Of a DNA stretch of 64,000 nt, positions 8,576 through 18,659 are shown one piece after another (the stretch's first letter is position 1; each line of letters starts with the position of its first letter). This stretch comes from Thermoleophilaceae bacterium (lineage in GTDB: Bacteria > Actinomycetota > Thermoleophilia > Solirubrobacterales > Thermoleophilaceae), in NCBI GenBank assembly GCA_035705985.1, contig DASSVP010000023.1, positions 7,974 through 71,973 of the forward strand. Direction: 5' to 3'. The position numbers and the translations under genes were made by a program. The notes below the pieces were generated by a model. It did no database searches, was not told the origin of the DNA, and saw only the letters and a program-made list of their open reading frames with translations.

Positions 8576-9115
8576 ATGTCCGGCCTCTATGACCTGATGC
8601 TGCTCGTCGATCCGACCGCTCCCGAGGAGCGGCGCACCGCCGTGGTCTCGGAGACCGAGTCGATGATGACCCAGGGCGGCGAGATCGTCGGCACCTACGA
8701 CTGGGGCACCCGTCGGATGGCCTACGAGATCGACCACCGGCCGGAGGCCGACTACCGGCTCTACCAGTTCAACGGTGACAACGCCCTGCTCGACCGGCTG
8801 AACCAGCGCCTTCGCATCATGGACGGGGTGCTTCGGTTCCGAATCATCAAGGTCAAGCCCGGGCAGCCCACCCCGCCGCCGCCGGATCAGCAGGCGCCGC
8901 GTCGCCGCGAGGAGCGCGAGGCCCAGGACACCAAGGTGGCGGCCAGGGCGGCCGCGGACGCGCCTCCGACGGACGACGAGGAGTACGCAGCCGTCCCGAG
9001 TGGCGCGGATGCCCCCGCGGACAGCCCCGTTCCGGACAGCCCCGTTCCGAACAGCCCCGTTCCGGGCAGCCCCGCTGCGGACATCCCAAGCGCGCCGGAC
9101 AGCGCCGACGAGTAA
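8576..9115 (+). CDS. rpsF: 30S ribosomal protein S6 with long Pro/Asp/Ala-rich C-terminal extension
   Basis: Trimmed to ATG 8576. MSGLYDLMLLVDP..GEIVGTYDWGTRRMAYEI..YRLYQFNGDN..LRIMDGVLRFRIIKV is S6. The tail, roughly the last 80 aa, is low complexity. Confidence 0.9.
   Translation: MSGLYDLMLLVDPTAPEERRTAVVSETESMMTQGGEIVGTYDWGTRRMAYEIDHRPEADYRLYQFNGDNALLDRLNQRLRIMDGVLRFRIIKVKPGQPTPPPPDQQAPRRREEREAQDTKVAARAAADAPPTDDEEYAAVPSGADAPADSPVPDSPVPNSPVPGSPAADIPSAPDSADE
9020..9079 (+). repeat. 4 x 15-bp in-frame tandem repeat inside the rpsF tail
   Basis: GACAGCCCCGTTCCG / GACAGCCCCGTTCCG / AACAGCCCCGTTCCG / GGCAGCCCCGCTGCG encode DSPVP DSPVP NSPVP GSPAA. Confidence 0.85.
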
Positions 9116-9256
9116 CCGTTCGGCGCCGAATCGTCACGCGGCCGCGAAAGACCCCGCTCTTTTCGGCACTTTCCTGGGCGCGGACGCCCGAGCGCTCCGA
9201 TCGCGAATGTACTCTCGATCGACGGTCTTCGAGCAGGACAGGAGGAATGCAGCCTC

Positions 9257-9718
9257 ATGGCAGCAACGAACATCAACAGGGTCGTACTCACCGGCAACCT
9301 GACCCGCGACCCTGAGCTCCGGCACACAAGCGGCGGTACCGCGGTCTGCAGCCTGCGGGTGGCGTCGAACACCCGGCGCAAGGACCAGTCGACCGGCGAG
9401 TGGGTCGACAAGCCGAACTACTTCGACGTAACGGTCTGGGGCGCACAGGGCGAGAACTGCGCCCAGTACCTGTCAAAGGGCCGCCCGATCGCGGTCGACG
9501 GGCGCCTCGAGTGGCGTGAGTGGCAGGACAAGGAAACCGGGCAGAAGCGGCAGGCGATCGATATCATTGCCGACTCCGTCCAGTTCCTCGGCTCCCGCGA
9601 GGGTGGCGAGAACGGCGGCCGCTTCACGCCTCAGAGCGACGTTCCGGCAGATACCGCGGACTTCGCGCCGGCGCCGGTGGCTGCCGGAGGGACGACGGAC
9701 GACGACATTCCGTTCTGA
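9257..9718 (+). CDS. ssb: single-stranded DNA-binding protein
   Basis: NRVVLTGNLTRDPELR..WVDKPNYFDVTVWG OB fold, Gly-rich linker, acidic tip DDDIPF. Confidence 0.95.
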   Translation: MAATNINRVVLTGNLTRDPELRHTSGGTAVCSLRVASNTRRKDQSTGEWVDKPNYFDVTVWGAQGENCAQYLSKGRPIAVDGRLEWREWQDKETGQKRQAIDIIADSVQFLGSREGGENGGRFTPQSDVPADTADFAPAPVAAGGTTDDDIPF

Positions 9719-9748
9719 TCCCGGATCAGCGAGTACGCAGGAGCACAA

Positions 9749-10030
9749 GTGGCGAAGCAGCGTGGTGGAACACCGACGCGGGACCGCAAGCGCGGGCCCC
9801 GCGGCAAGGGCGCCCCTGGGGGGCGCTTCAAGCCGTGCCCGTTCTGCCGGGAGAAGATCGACGTCGTCGACTACAAGGACCTCTCAGCGCTCCGCCGCGC
9901 GATCAGCGACAAGGGCAAGATCCGCTCTTCGCGCGTGACCGGCGCATGCCGCCGTCACCAGTCTCAGCTCGCCACCGCGGTCAAGCGCGCGCGTGAGCTG
10001 GGGCTCCTGCCGTACGTCGCCGACAGGTAG
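9749..10030 (+). CDS. rpsR: 30S ribosomal protein S18
   Basis: CPFCREKIDVVDYKDLSALRRAISDKGKIRSSRVTGACRRHQSQLATAVKRARELGLLPY. Confidence 0.95.
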   Translation: MAKQRGGTPTRDRKRGPRGKGAPGGRFKPCPFCREKIDVVDYKDLSALRRAISDKGKIRSSRVTGACRRHQSQLATAVKRARELGLLPYVADR

Positions 10031-10043
10031 GCGACGGACCATC

Positions 10044-10496
10044 ATGGCCCAGGCAATCCTCCTGAAGGACGTGGACACCCTCGGAGAGCGCGGCGACGTC
10101 ATCGACGTCTCGCCGGGCTACCTCCGCAACTTCCTCGTGCCGCGCAAGCTGGCCCAGCCCGCCACGCCCGGCGCGATCGCGGAGTCGCAGCGGCGCCGTG
10201 AGCTCGCGGAGCAGGCTGTCGCCGACGCGGCCGCCAAGGCCGAGGAAACCGCGGCGCTCCTGAGGAAGACCGTCCTGACGATCTCGCACCAGGCGGGCGA
10301 CGACGGCCGGCTGTTCGGCTCCGTCACCTCGCAGGAGATCGTCGACGCGATCCGTCAGGCACGCGGGGTGCGGCTCGACAAGCGTCGCGTCCAGCTGGAG
10401 GAGCCGATCAGGACCACGGGCACGCACATGGTCTCCGTCGAGGTCTCCGACGGCGTGACGGCAGACGTGAAGACGATCGTCACGCCACAGGCGTAG
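10044..10496 (+). CDS. rplI: 50S ribosomal protein L9
   Basis: Trimmed to ATG 10044: MAQAILLKDVDTLGERGDVIDVSPGYLRNFLVPRKLA. Confidence 0.9.
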   Translation: MAQAILLKDVDTLGERGDVIDVSPGYLRNFLVPRKLAQPATPGAIAESQRRRELAEQAVADAAAKAEETAALLRKTVLTISHQAGDDGRLFGSVTSQEIVDAIRQARGVRLDKRRVQLEEPIRTTGTHMVSVEVSDGVTADVKTIVTPQA

Positions 10497-10506
10497 AGCC
10501 GGCCGC

Positions 10507-11904
10507 GTGGCCGTAGCCGTCCCGCCCGAGGCAGCGGTCGGCGTCCCGCCCCACAACGAGGAGGCCGAGGCCTCCGTCCTAGGGGCCATCCTGCTCACGG
10601 AGCAGGCGCTCGACGGCGTCCTGCTCGAGGTCGGCCTGCGCGCGCACGACTTCTACCGGCCGCGTCACGGCGCGATCTTCCAGGCGATGATCCGCCTGAA
10701 GGAGAAGGCAACCCCGGAGGCGGTGGACGCGCTCACGGTCGCCGAGGAGCTGCGCCGCGGCGGCGAGCTCGAGAAGGCCGGCGGGGAGCCGTACCTCCAC
10801 TCGCTCCCCACCGTCGTGCCCGCCGTGGGAGCGGTCCTCGACTACGCGCGCATAGTCAAGGAGCACTCGCTGCTTCGCAGCGTGCTGAAGGCGACGCGCG
10901 AGATCCAGGACGACGTGGCCGCCCACCGGGGCGAGGCGCGCGAGCTGATCGAACGCGCCGAGTCGGTCCTGTTCAAGATCGGCCACGACGGCGGCATGTC
11001 GGAGATGCGGTCGCTCGAGGCGATCCTCCACGACGAGATCGACAAGCTCGAGGAGCTCTCGAAGACCGACGTAGGCCTCACCGGCACCCCCTCGGGCTTC
11101 TCGGACCTCGACGCACTCACGGGCGGCTTCCAGCCGGGCAACCTGATCGTGCTGGCGGCGCGTCCCTCCATGGGCAAGAGCGCCGCCGCCACGAACATCG
11201 CCGAGTACGCCGCCGTGGAGGCCGGCGTGCCGGTGGCGCTGTTCTCGCTCGAGATGTCCGAGACCGAGTTGGCGCACCGCTTCCTCGCCTCGCAGGCGCG
11301 CGTGTCGAGCGACGATCTGCGGAAGGGGCGCGTGCGCGCGGAGAAGTGGCCAAAGGTGCTCCAGGCAGTGGAGAAGCTCGCCCGCGCGCCGATCTTCGTG
11401 GACGATTCGAGCGACATGAGCGTGCTGGAGCTGCGCGCGAAGTCGCGCCGGCTGGCGGCGCGGCACGGTCTCGGGCTCGTGGTGGTGGACTACCTGCAGC
11501 TGATGCGCCCGGAGGGTCGGCCGGAGAGCAGCCGCGTCGAGCAGATCGGCCAGATCAGCCGCGGCCTGAAGATCCTCGCGCGCGAGCTCGAGGTGCCGGT
11601 GATCGCCGTGTCACAGCTCTCGCGCGCGGTCGAGTCGCGCAACCCGCCGGTGCCGATGCTCTCCGATCTTCGCGAAAGCGGTTCGATCGAGCAGGACGCG
11701 GACGTCGTGATGTTCATCTACCGCGACGAGTACTACAACAAGGAGTCCGAGCGGCTCGGAGAGGCGGACTTCATCGTCGCCAAGCACCGGAACGGGCCGA
11801 TCGGCGAGGTGTCGCTCACCTTCCTGCCGAAGTATCCGAAGTTCGCGAACCTCTACCGGGACCGCGCCGCCGAGCCGATGCCGCCGCAGGACGCGGCGGT
11901 CTAG
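10507..11904 (+). CDS. dnaB: replicative DNA helicase DnaB (no intein)
   Basis: 465 aa. PPHNEEAEASVLGAILL, Walker A AARPSMGKSA, VVVDYLQLM, IAVSQLSRAVE, SGSIEQDADVVMFIYRD. Confidence 0.95.
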   Translation: MAVAVPPEAAVGVPPHNEEAEASVLGAILLTEQALDGVLLEVGLRAHDFYRPRHGAIFQAMIRLKEKATPEAVDALTVAEELRRGGELEKAGGEPYLHSLPTVVPAVGAVLDYARIVKEHSLLRSVLKATREIQDDVAAHRGEARELIERAESVLFKIGHDGGMSEMRSLEAILHDEIDKLEELSKTDVGLTGTPSGFSDLDALTGGFQPGNLIVLAARPSMGKSAAATNIAEYAAVEAGVPVALFSLEMSETELAHRFLASQARVSSDDLRKGRVRAEKWPKVLQAVEKLARAPIFVDDSSDMSVLELRAKSRRLAARHGLGLVVVDYLQLMRPEGRPESSRVEQIGQISRGLKILARELEVPVIAVSQLSRAVESRNPPVPMLSDLRESGSIEQDADVVMFIYRDEYYNKESERLGEADFIVAKHRNGPIGEVSLTFLPKYPKFANLYRDRAAEPMPPQDAAV

Positions 11905-13887
<1,983 letters not shown>

Positions 13888-13903
13888 GGCGCAATCAAAC
13901 CAT

Positions 13904-14371
13904 CTAGGCCAGCTCGAAGAACACGAGCGCCGCTATCCAGCCGACCCACAGGAGCCACAGCGCGGCGCCGGCCGCCAGCACCGCCTTCTCTCCCCCGGAG
14001 ACGGGCGCCTCGACCGCAAGGCCCTGCGTGCGCCTGTCCCAGAGCTCGTTGAACTTGCCGAGCGCGATGCTGTACGTCACGACGGGCGCCAGCGCACCGC
14101 CGATCGTGTACAGCGCGACCTCCAGGCCGGGCAGCCCGTTCCAGCGGCGCAGGTCGTCCAGATCGCGGTAGAGCCAGTACAGGACGAAGATGTTCCAGAT
14201 CGGGACGACCAGCCCGATGGAGTGGAGCACCGCGTCGTCGCGGCCACGCGCCAGCTCGCCGTCGAGCAGCCTCCGGGTGCGGTGGAACCAGAAGACGAGC
14301 CAGAGGCCCGCGCTCAGGAGTGTGAAGCCCCAGTCCCGCCCGACGCTGTACCTCACCCCGTACGGGTTCAC
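13904..14371 (-). CDS. small polytopic membrane protein (DUF4234-like)
   Basis: Trimmed to GTG 14371 (GTGA overlap with the upstream stop). 155 aa with 4 hydrophobic segments. VPIWNIFVLYWLYRDLDDL resembles DUF4234. Confidence 0.45.
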   Translation of the reverse strand: MNPYGVRYSVGRDWGFTLLSAGLWLVFWFHRTRRLLDGELARGRDDAVLHSIGLVVPIWNIFVLYWLYRDLDDLRRWNGLPGLEVALYTIGGALAPVVTYSIALGKFNELWDRRTQGLAVEAPVSGGEKAVLAAGAALWLLWVGWIAALVFFELA

Positions 14372-15024
14372 ACGCCGGCGGGCTCGAGCACGATCTGCTC
14401 GCCGCGCCGCAGGAAGCGCAGCCCGAGGGCGAGCGCGCCGAGCATGGCGGTGACCGTGAGCGTGACCTGCACGCTCAGGAGGCCCTCGCGGCTCCAATAG
14501 ACGTCCTCGAGCTCCAGCAGCAGGGCCGACTCGTCCAGCGTCAGGCCCATGCCCACTCCGAACGGCACGGCGAGCCAGGGCTCGAGCCGCTCGTTTCGGG
14601 TCAGGAGCGCGCCGGTGCCCGAGGCGAAGGCCATGATGATCCCCGGCACGTAGTGGTGGATGTGCCGGTGGCCGACGCGCACATTGCGGAACGGCCCGAA
14701 GCTCCGCCGGCCACGCAGGAGGTACGTCACCGAGCGGGCCAGGATGAAGGTCGTCGCGAACGAGGCCAGCAGGTTGAACATGGAGTTCTCGCGCGTCGAG
14801 ACCACGCGGTAGCCCTCGCGGGCCACCTGGGCCGTCTCGGCGACCGCCTTCTCGCCGGCGCGGATCGGGTGATGGGCGCCGCTGAGCGAGTGCGCCGACC
14901 CCCGCCGCCACACGCGGCGCAGCTCCACGCCCACGACGGCGCCCACGACCGCCGTTGCGGCGGCACCGAGCACGAGCGTGCCACGGCCCGGCTGGAGCGA
15001 ACGATGCCGGTGGGGGCGCCTCAC
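14368..15024 (-). CDS. hypothetical integral membrane protein
   Basis: 218 aa with several TM helices and a VGHRHIHHYVPG motif. GTGA overlap with the acetyltransferase stop, so probably part of the sugar operon. No family recognised. Confidence 0.5.
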   Translation of the reverse strand: MRRPHRHRSLQPGRGTLVLGAAATAVVGAVVGVELRRVWRRGSAHSLSGAHHPIRAGEKAVAETAQVAREGYRVVSTRENSMFNLLASFATTFILARSVTYLLRGRRSFGPFRNVRVGHRHIHHYVPGIIMAFASGTGALLTRNERLEPWLAVPFGVGMGLTLDESALLLELEDVYWSREGLLSVQVTLTVTAMLGALALGLRFLRRGEQIVLEPAGV

Positions 15025-15710
15025 CGCACCACCCGGGCGGGCACGCCCATGACGAGCGCGCCAGGAGGAACGTCCGAGGTGACGACGGCGCCCGCGGCCA
15101 CGAATGCCTCCTCGCCGACCTCGACGCCGGGCAACAGCACCGCTCCGGCGCCGATGCGGCAGCCGCGCCGCAGGGTCGCGCCGCGCAGCTCCATGCCCTC
15201 CGGACGCCGTCCGGCGGTCGGGTCGTTGGTGAGCAGCGCGCCGGGCGCGATGAAGACGTCGTCCTCCACGACCGAGCGGGCGGTCACGTACGCGCCCGTC
15301 TGCATACGCACGCGTGCGCCCACGCGCACGTCGAAGTCCACGGACACGCCCCGCCCCACGACGGACTCGTCCCCGATCTCGGCGCGCTCACGCACGTGCG
15401 CCTGGTCGCCGACCACGCAGCGCGCCCCGATGCTCGCACCGGCCAGCACCACGGCTCCCGCTCCGATCGTGGTGCCGGTGCCCACGCTCGCCACGGCGCC
15501 CTCGTCGGCCGGCGCCGCGCTCGAGTACTTGCCGAGCGCGAGCGGCTTGCCGATCACGCAGCCGTCCTGAAGCCGGGCACCGGCCCCGATCCGCGAGCCC
15601 GCGTGCAGCACCACGTGGCCGCCGAGCTCGACGTCGTCCGGCAGCTCGACGCCGGCGCCGAGCAGCAGGCCGGGCGCGCGGTCGGAGGGCGTCAGCTCAG
15701 CGGCGGGCAA
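15021..15710 (-). CDS. left-handed beta-helix (hexapeptide-repeat) N-acetyltransferase, WbpD/WlbB-like
   Basis: Repeated [LIV]-G-x4 hexapeptides through most of the protein (IGAGARL, IGAGAVV, VGDQAHV, IGAGAVLLPGVEVGEEAFVAAGAVV). Start set at TTG 15710, overlapping the oxidoreductase 3' end by 14 nt. The ORF-track start 15881 is inside the upstream gene. Confidence 0.7.
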   Translation of the reverse strand: MPAAELTPSDRAPGLLLGAGVELPDDVELGGHVVLHAGSRIGAGARLQDGCVIGKPLALGKYSSAAPADEGAVASVGTGTTIGAGAVVLAGASIGARCVVGDQAHVRERAEIGDESVVGRGVSVDFDVRVGARVRMQTGAYVTARSVVEDDVFIAPGALLTNDPTAGRRPEGMELRGATLRRGCRIGAGAVLLPGVEVGEEAFVAAGAVVTSDVPPGALVMGVPARVVR

Positions 15711-16689
15711 GGGACGCGCTCTCCGTGAGCGATCGCTGGAGCTGCTCGAGCACGCGAACCACGCGCAACCCCGCCTCCCCGTCCGAGCGCGGCTCGCGGC
15801 CCTCGCGAACGCAGTCCACGAAGTGCCGGCACTCGATCCGCAGCGGCTCCTCGTTCGAGACCCGGGGCGAAAACGCGTCACCGGACCGGGCGATGTACTC
15901 CCCGTATGACGAGTAATCCTCGTCGAAGCCCTTGTCGTAGACCGTGAGCTTCCGCTCGAGCTCCATGTCGTCGAAGCTCGCCATCCGCTTCGAGCCGACG
16001 ACGGTGAAGCGCCGCTCCTTGTGCGGGTCGAGCCACGAGAGGTGCATGTGCGCCGTGAGGCCGGACTCGAAGCGCATGAACGCGAAGACGACGTCCTCCA
16101 CGCCCGCCTTCACGTAGCTCTCCCCCACGGCCGTGCATTCGTACGGCTCCTCGCCGGCCAGCCGCAGGATCACGGACACGTCGTGCGCCCCGAGCGACCA
16201 CAGCGCGTTCTCGTCCTGGCGGTGCTTCCCCAGGTTCAGCCGGTGCGAGTAGACGTAGCGGAGCTCGCCGAGCTCGCCGGAGCGCACCAGGTCGCTCAGC
16301 TGCTCGATGCCCGGGTGGTACTCCAGCAGGTGGCCGACCATGAGCACGCGCTCCGCCGAGCGCGCGGCGTCCACGACGGCCTGCGCCTCCTGCTCGGAGC
16401 GTCCCAGCGGCTTCTCGACGAAGCAGTGCTTCCCGGCGGCGAGCACCCGCTGGGCCAGCTCGGCGTGTGTTGGCACAGGCGTCGCCACGGCCACCGCGTC
16501 CAGCGAGTCGTCCGCGAGGAGGTCGTCGAGCGAGGTCGTGGCCTGCGCCGACGGGAAGGCCGCTCCCCAGCGCGCGAGCGCCTCGTCGGACGCGTCGCAC
16601 AGCCAGCGCAGCTCGGCGTCCGGAAGCCTGTCGAAGTTACGGGCGAGGTTCGGGCCCCAGTAGCCGAGGCCTACGACCCCGATCTTCAT
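15697..16689 (-). CDS. Gfo/Idh/MocA-family NAD-dependent sugar-nucleotide oxidoreductase, WbpB/WlbA-like
   Basis: Trimmed to ATG 16689: MKIGVVGLGYWGPNLARNF Rossmann start, HCFVEKPL motif. ATGA-type overlap with the epimerase stop at 16686. Confidence 0.75.
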   Translation of the reverse strand: MKIGVVGLGYWGPNLARNFDRLPDAELRWLCDASDEALARWGAAFPSAQATTSLDDLLADDSLDAVAVATPVPTHAELAQRVLAAGKHCFVEKPLGRSEQEAQAVVDAARSAERVLMVGHLLEYHPGIEQLSDLVRSGELGELRYVYSHRLNLGKHRQDENALWSLGAHDVSVILRLAGEEPYECTAVGESYVKAGVEDVVFAFMRFESGLTAHMHLSWLDPHKERRFTVVGSKRMASFDDMELERKLTVYDKGFDEDYSSYGEYIARSGDAFSPRVSNEEPLRIECRHFVDCVREGREPRSDGEAGLRVVRVLEQLQRSLTESASLARR

Positions 16690-17759
16690 AGGCGCTGAGT
16701 GTAGGCGGCGAGCACGTCGCAAACGCGCTCGGCAGCATGGCCGCCGCCGTACAGCTCGGGACGCTCGGCGGGCGGAGTCCGCTCCACGGCCGCCAGCGCG
16801 GCCTCGCGGTCCAGGTCCACGAGCACGTTCCAGCCGCTCTCCACGGTCTCGACCCACTCGGTCGTGTCTCGCAGAGTCACGCACGGGACCCCCAGGAGAT
16901 ACGCCTCCTTCTGGACGCCGCCCGAGTCCGTGAGGACCGCGCGCGCGTGCCTGGCGAGCTTGAGGAAGTCGAGGTAGCCGAGCGGCGGCGCGAGCTCCAC
17001 GTGCTCCGCGCGCTCCAGCCTCTCGAACAGGTCCGCGGCCTGCAGGCGCGCCTCGGTACGGAAGTGCACCGGGAATACCACCTTCCGCGGCAGCGCCTCG
17101 ATCAGCTCCACCAGCTTCGCCAGCCGCCCGGGGTCGTCCACGTTGCCGGACCGGTGCGCGGTCATGACGAGGTACTCGCCGGGCTCGAGGCCGCGAGCCT
17201 CCAGGATCCGCGAGCGCTCCTCGGCGATGTCGCGGAAGGTGAGCGAGACGTCCGCCATCACGTCGCCCACCAGGTGCGCCTCGCCCGCGGCGTGCTCGCG
17301 CTCGAGGTTCGCCATCGCCGTCTCGGTGGAGCAGAGGAGCAGGTCGCTCGCGTGGTCCGTGAGCACGCGGTTCAGCTCCTCCGGCATCGACCGGTCGAAC
17401 GAGCGCATGCCGGCCTCGACGTGGCCGGTGGGAATGCCCGCCTGAGCGGCGGCGATCGCGCCGGCGAGCGTCGTGTTCGTGTCTCCATAGACCAGCACCA
17501 GCGCGGGACGGAGCGCCTCGAGGATCGGCTCGAGACCCGCCAGGATCCGCGCGGTCTGCGCGGTGTTGGTGCCGCCGCCTGCGTCGAGCTGGCGCTCGGG
17601 GGCGGGCACGCCCAGCTCCTCGAAGAAGATGCGCGACAGCTCGTCGTCGTAGTGCTGGCCCGAGTGGACGATGACCTCGTCGCTCAGGTCACGCAGCCGA
17701 CGCGAGACCGCAGCCGCCTTCACGAACTGCGGGCGGTTGCCGATGACCGTCAGGATCAG
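16686..17759 (-). CDS. UDP-N-acetylglucosamine 2-epimerase (WecB/WbpI-like); start codon non-canonical or unresolved
   Basis: LILTVIGNRPQFVKAAAV, VHSGQHYD, VYGDTNTTLAGA, HVEAGMRSFD, EELNR and DSGGVQKEAY are WecB family. No ATG, GTG or TTG lies near the conserved N-terminus. CTG at 17757-17759 overlaps the upstream TGA. Confidence 0.8.
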   Translation of the reverse strand: MILTVIGNRPQFVKAAAVSRRLRDLSDEVIVHSGQHYDDELSRIFFEELGVPAPERQLDAGGGTNTAQTARILAGLEPILEALRPALVLVYGDTNTTLAGAIAAAQAGIPTGHVEAGMRSFDRSMPEELNRVLTDHASDLLLCSTETAMANLEREHAAGEAHLVGDVMADVSLTFRDIAEERSRILEARGLEPGEYLVMTAHRSGNVDDPGRLAKLVELIEALPRKVVFPVHFRTEARLQAADLFERLERAEHVELAPPLGYLDFLKLARHARAVLTDSGGVQKEAYLLGVPCVTLRDTTEWVETVESGWNVLVDLDREAALAAVERTPPAERPELYGGGHAAERVCDVLAAYTQRL

Positions 17760-18574
17760 CCGGCCGACAGCTCCTCTTCGATCCGGCGGCGCAGCGCGTC
17801 GCGCACCTCGCGCGTCCGCTCCCCCTCCGGGAGCTCGATCTCCTCGATGGCGGCGATCGACTGGACCTCGCGCGTGGTGGAGGCGAGGAACGCCTCGCGG
17901 GCAGAGCGGATGTCGTCCATGGTGCACGGGCGCTCTGTGACGTCCGCGACCTCCATCACGCGGTGCCGCGTGATCGACGCGAGGATGTGCTCGCTGAGCT
18001 GCGGCGTGTTGATCGTGTCCTCGGGGTCCACCCAGAAGAGCGACGAGGTGGGCGCCTCCAGCACGCGCCCGTGCGGCGTCACGAGCAGCGCCTCGTCGAA
18101 GCCGCGCTCGCGCGCGAGCCGCCCGCAGAGCATGTTCGCCCCGTAGGAGAGCGACTTGATCCCGTCGAGCACGCGCGTGGGCGCGTACTCCACCACCCCG
18201 AGCCGCACCCGCTCGGGCGACGGCGGCAGCGGCTCCGTGAGCAGGAGCCGGTGGCCGCCGCGAGTCAGCACCACCCGCAGGCAGCCATCGAAGTCGGCGC
18301 CTCCGCGCTCATCGAGGAGAGCGGGGATCTCGCTCTCCAGCTCGGCTCTCGGCACCCCCTCGAGTCGAAGGTTCGCCGCCGAACGCTCCAGCCGGTCCAG
18401 ATGATCGCGAAGCGCGAACGGCCGCCCGTCGTAGACGCGGATGACCTCGAAGGCGCCGTCGCCGCGGAGCAGCCCTTCATCCGTAGCGGGGATGGTGGCC
18501 TCCCGCGCGGGCAGGGTGCTGCCGTCGACGCAGGCGAGCTCAGCGATGGTGGTGGGGGCGGCGAGCTCGTCCAA
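17756..18574 (-). CDS. fold-type IV PLP-dependent aminotransferase (Dat/PabC/IlvE superfamily)
   Basis: 272 aa. ATDEGLLRGDGAFEVIRVYDGRPFALRDHLDRLERSA, and LDGIKSLSYGANML with a candidate PLP lysine. TTG start at 18572-18574 directly abuts tRNA-Lys. Confidence 0.75.
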   Translation of the reverse strand: MDELAAPTTIAELACVDGSTLPAREATIPATDEGLLRGDGAFEVIRVYDGRPFALRDHLDRLERSAANLRLEGVPRAELESEIPALLDERGGADFDGCLRVVLTRGGHRLLLTEPLPPSPERVRLGVVEYAPTRVLDGIKSLSYGANMLCGRLARERGFDEALLVTPHGRVLEAPTSSLFWVDPEDTINTPQLSEHILASITRHRVMEVADVTERPCTMDDIRSAREAFLASTTREVQSIAAIEEIELPEGERTREVRDALRRRIEEELSAG

Positions 18575-18647
18575 TGGGCCGTGTAGGAATCGAACCTACA
18601 ACCTTGAGATTAAGAGTCTCCTGCTCTGCCAATTGAGCTAACGGCCC
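18575..18647 (-). tRNA. tRNA-Lys (anticodon CTT), CCA not encoded
   Basis: Minus strand reads GGGCCGT TA GCTC AATTGGCA GAGC A GGAGA CTCTTAA TCTCA AGGTT GTAGG TTCGATT CCTAC ACGGCCC A. Full cloverleaf drawn by hand, with one G-A mismatch at the top of the anticodon stem. Confidence 0.9.
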
Positions 18648-18659
18648 GAGCAGGCGAGT

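Noticed and set aside
10507-11904. Possible intein in dnaB (common in actinobacterial DnaB) or in gyrA/gyrB.
   Set aside because: DnaB is 465 aa with contiguous helicase motifs. GyrA is a normal 840 aa. The extra GyrB length lacks intein block motifs (no Cys/Ser-1 ... HN-Cys/Ser/Thr junctions) and sits where the proteobacterial insertion sits.
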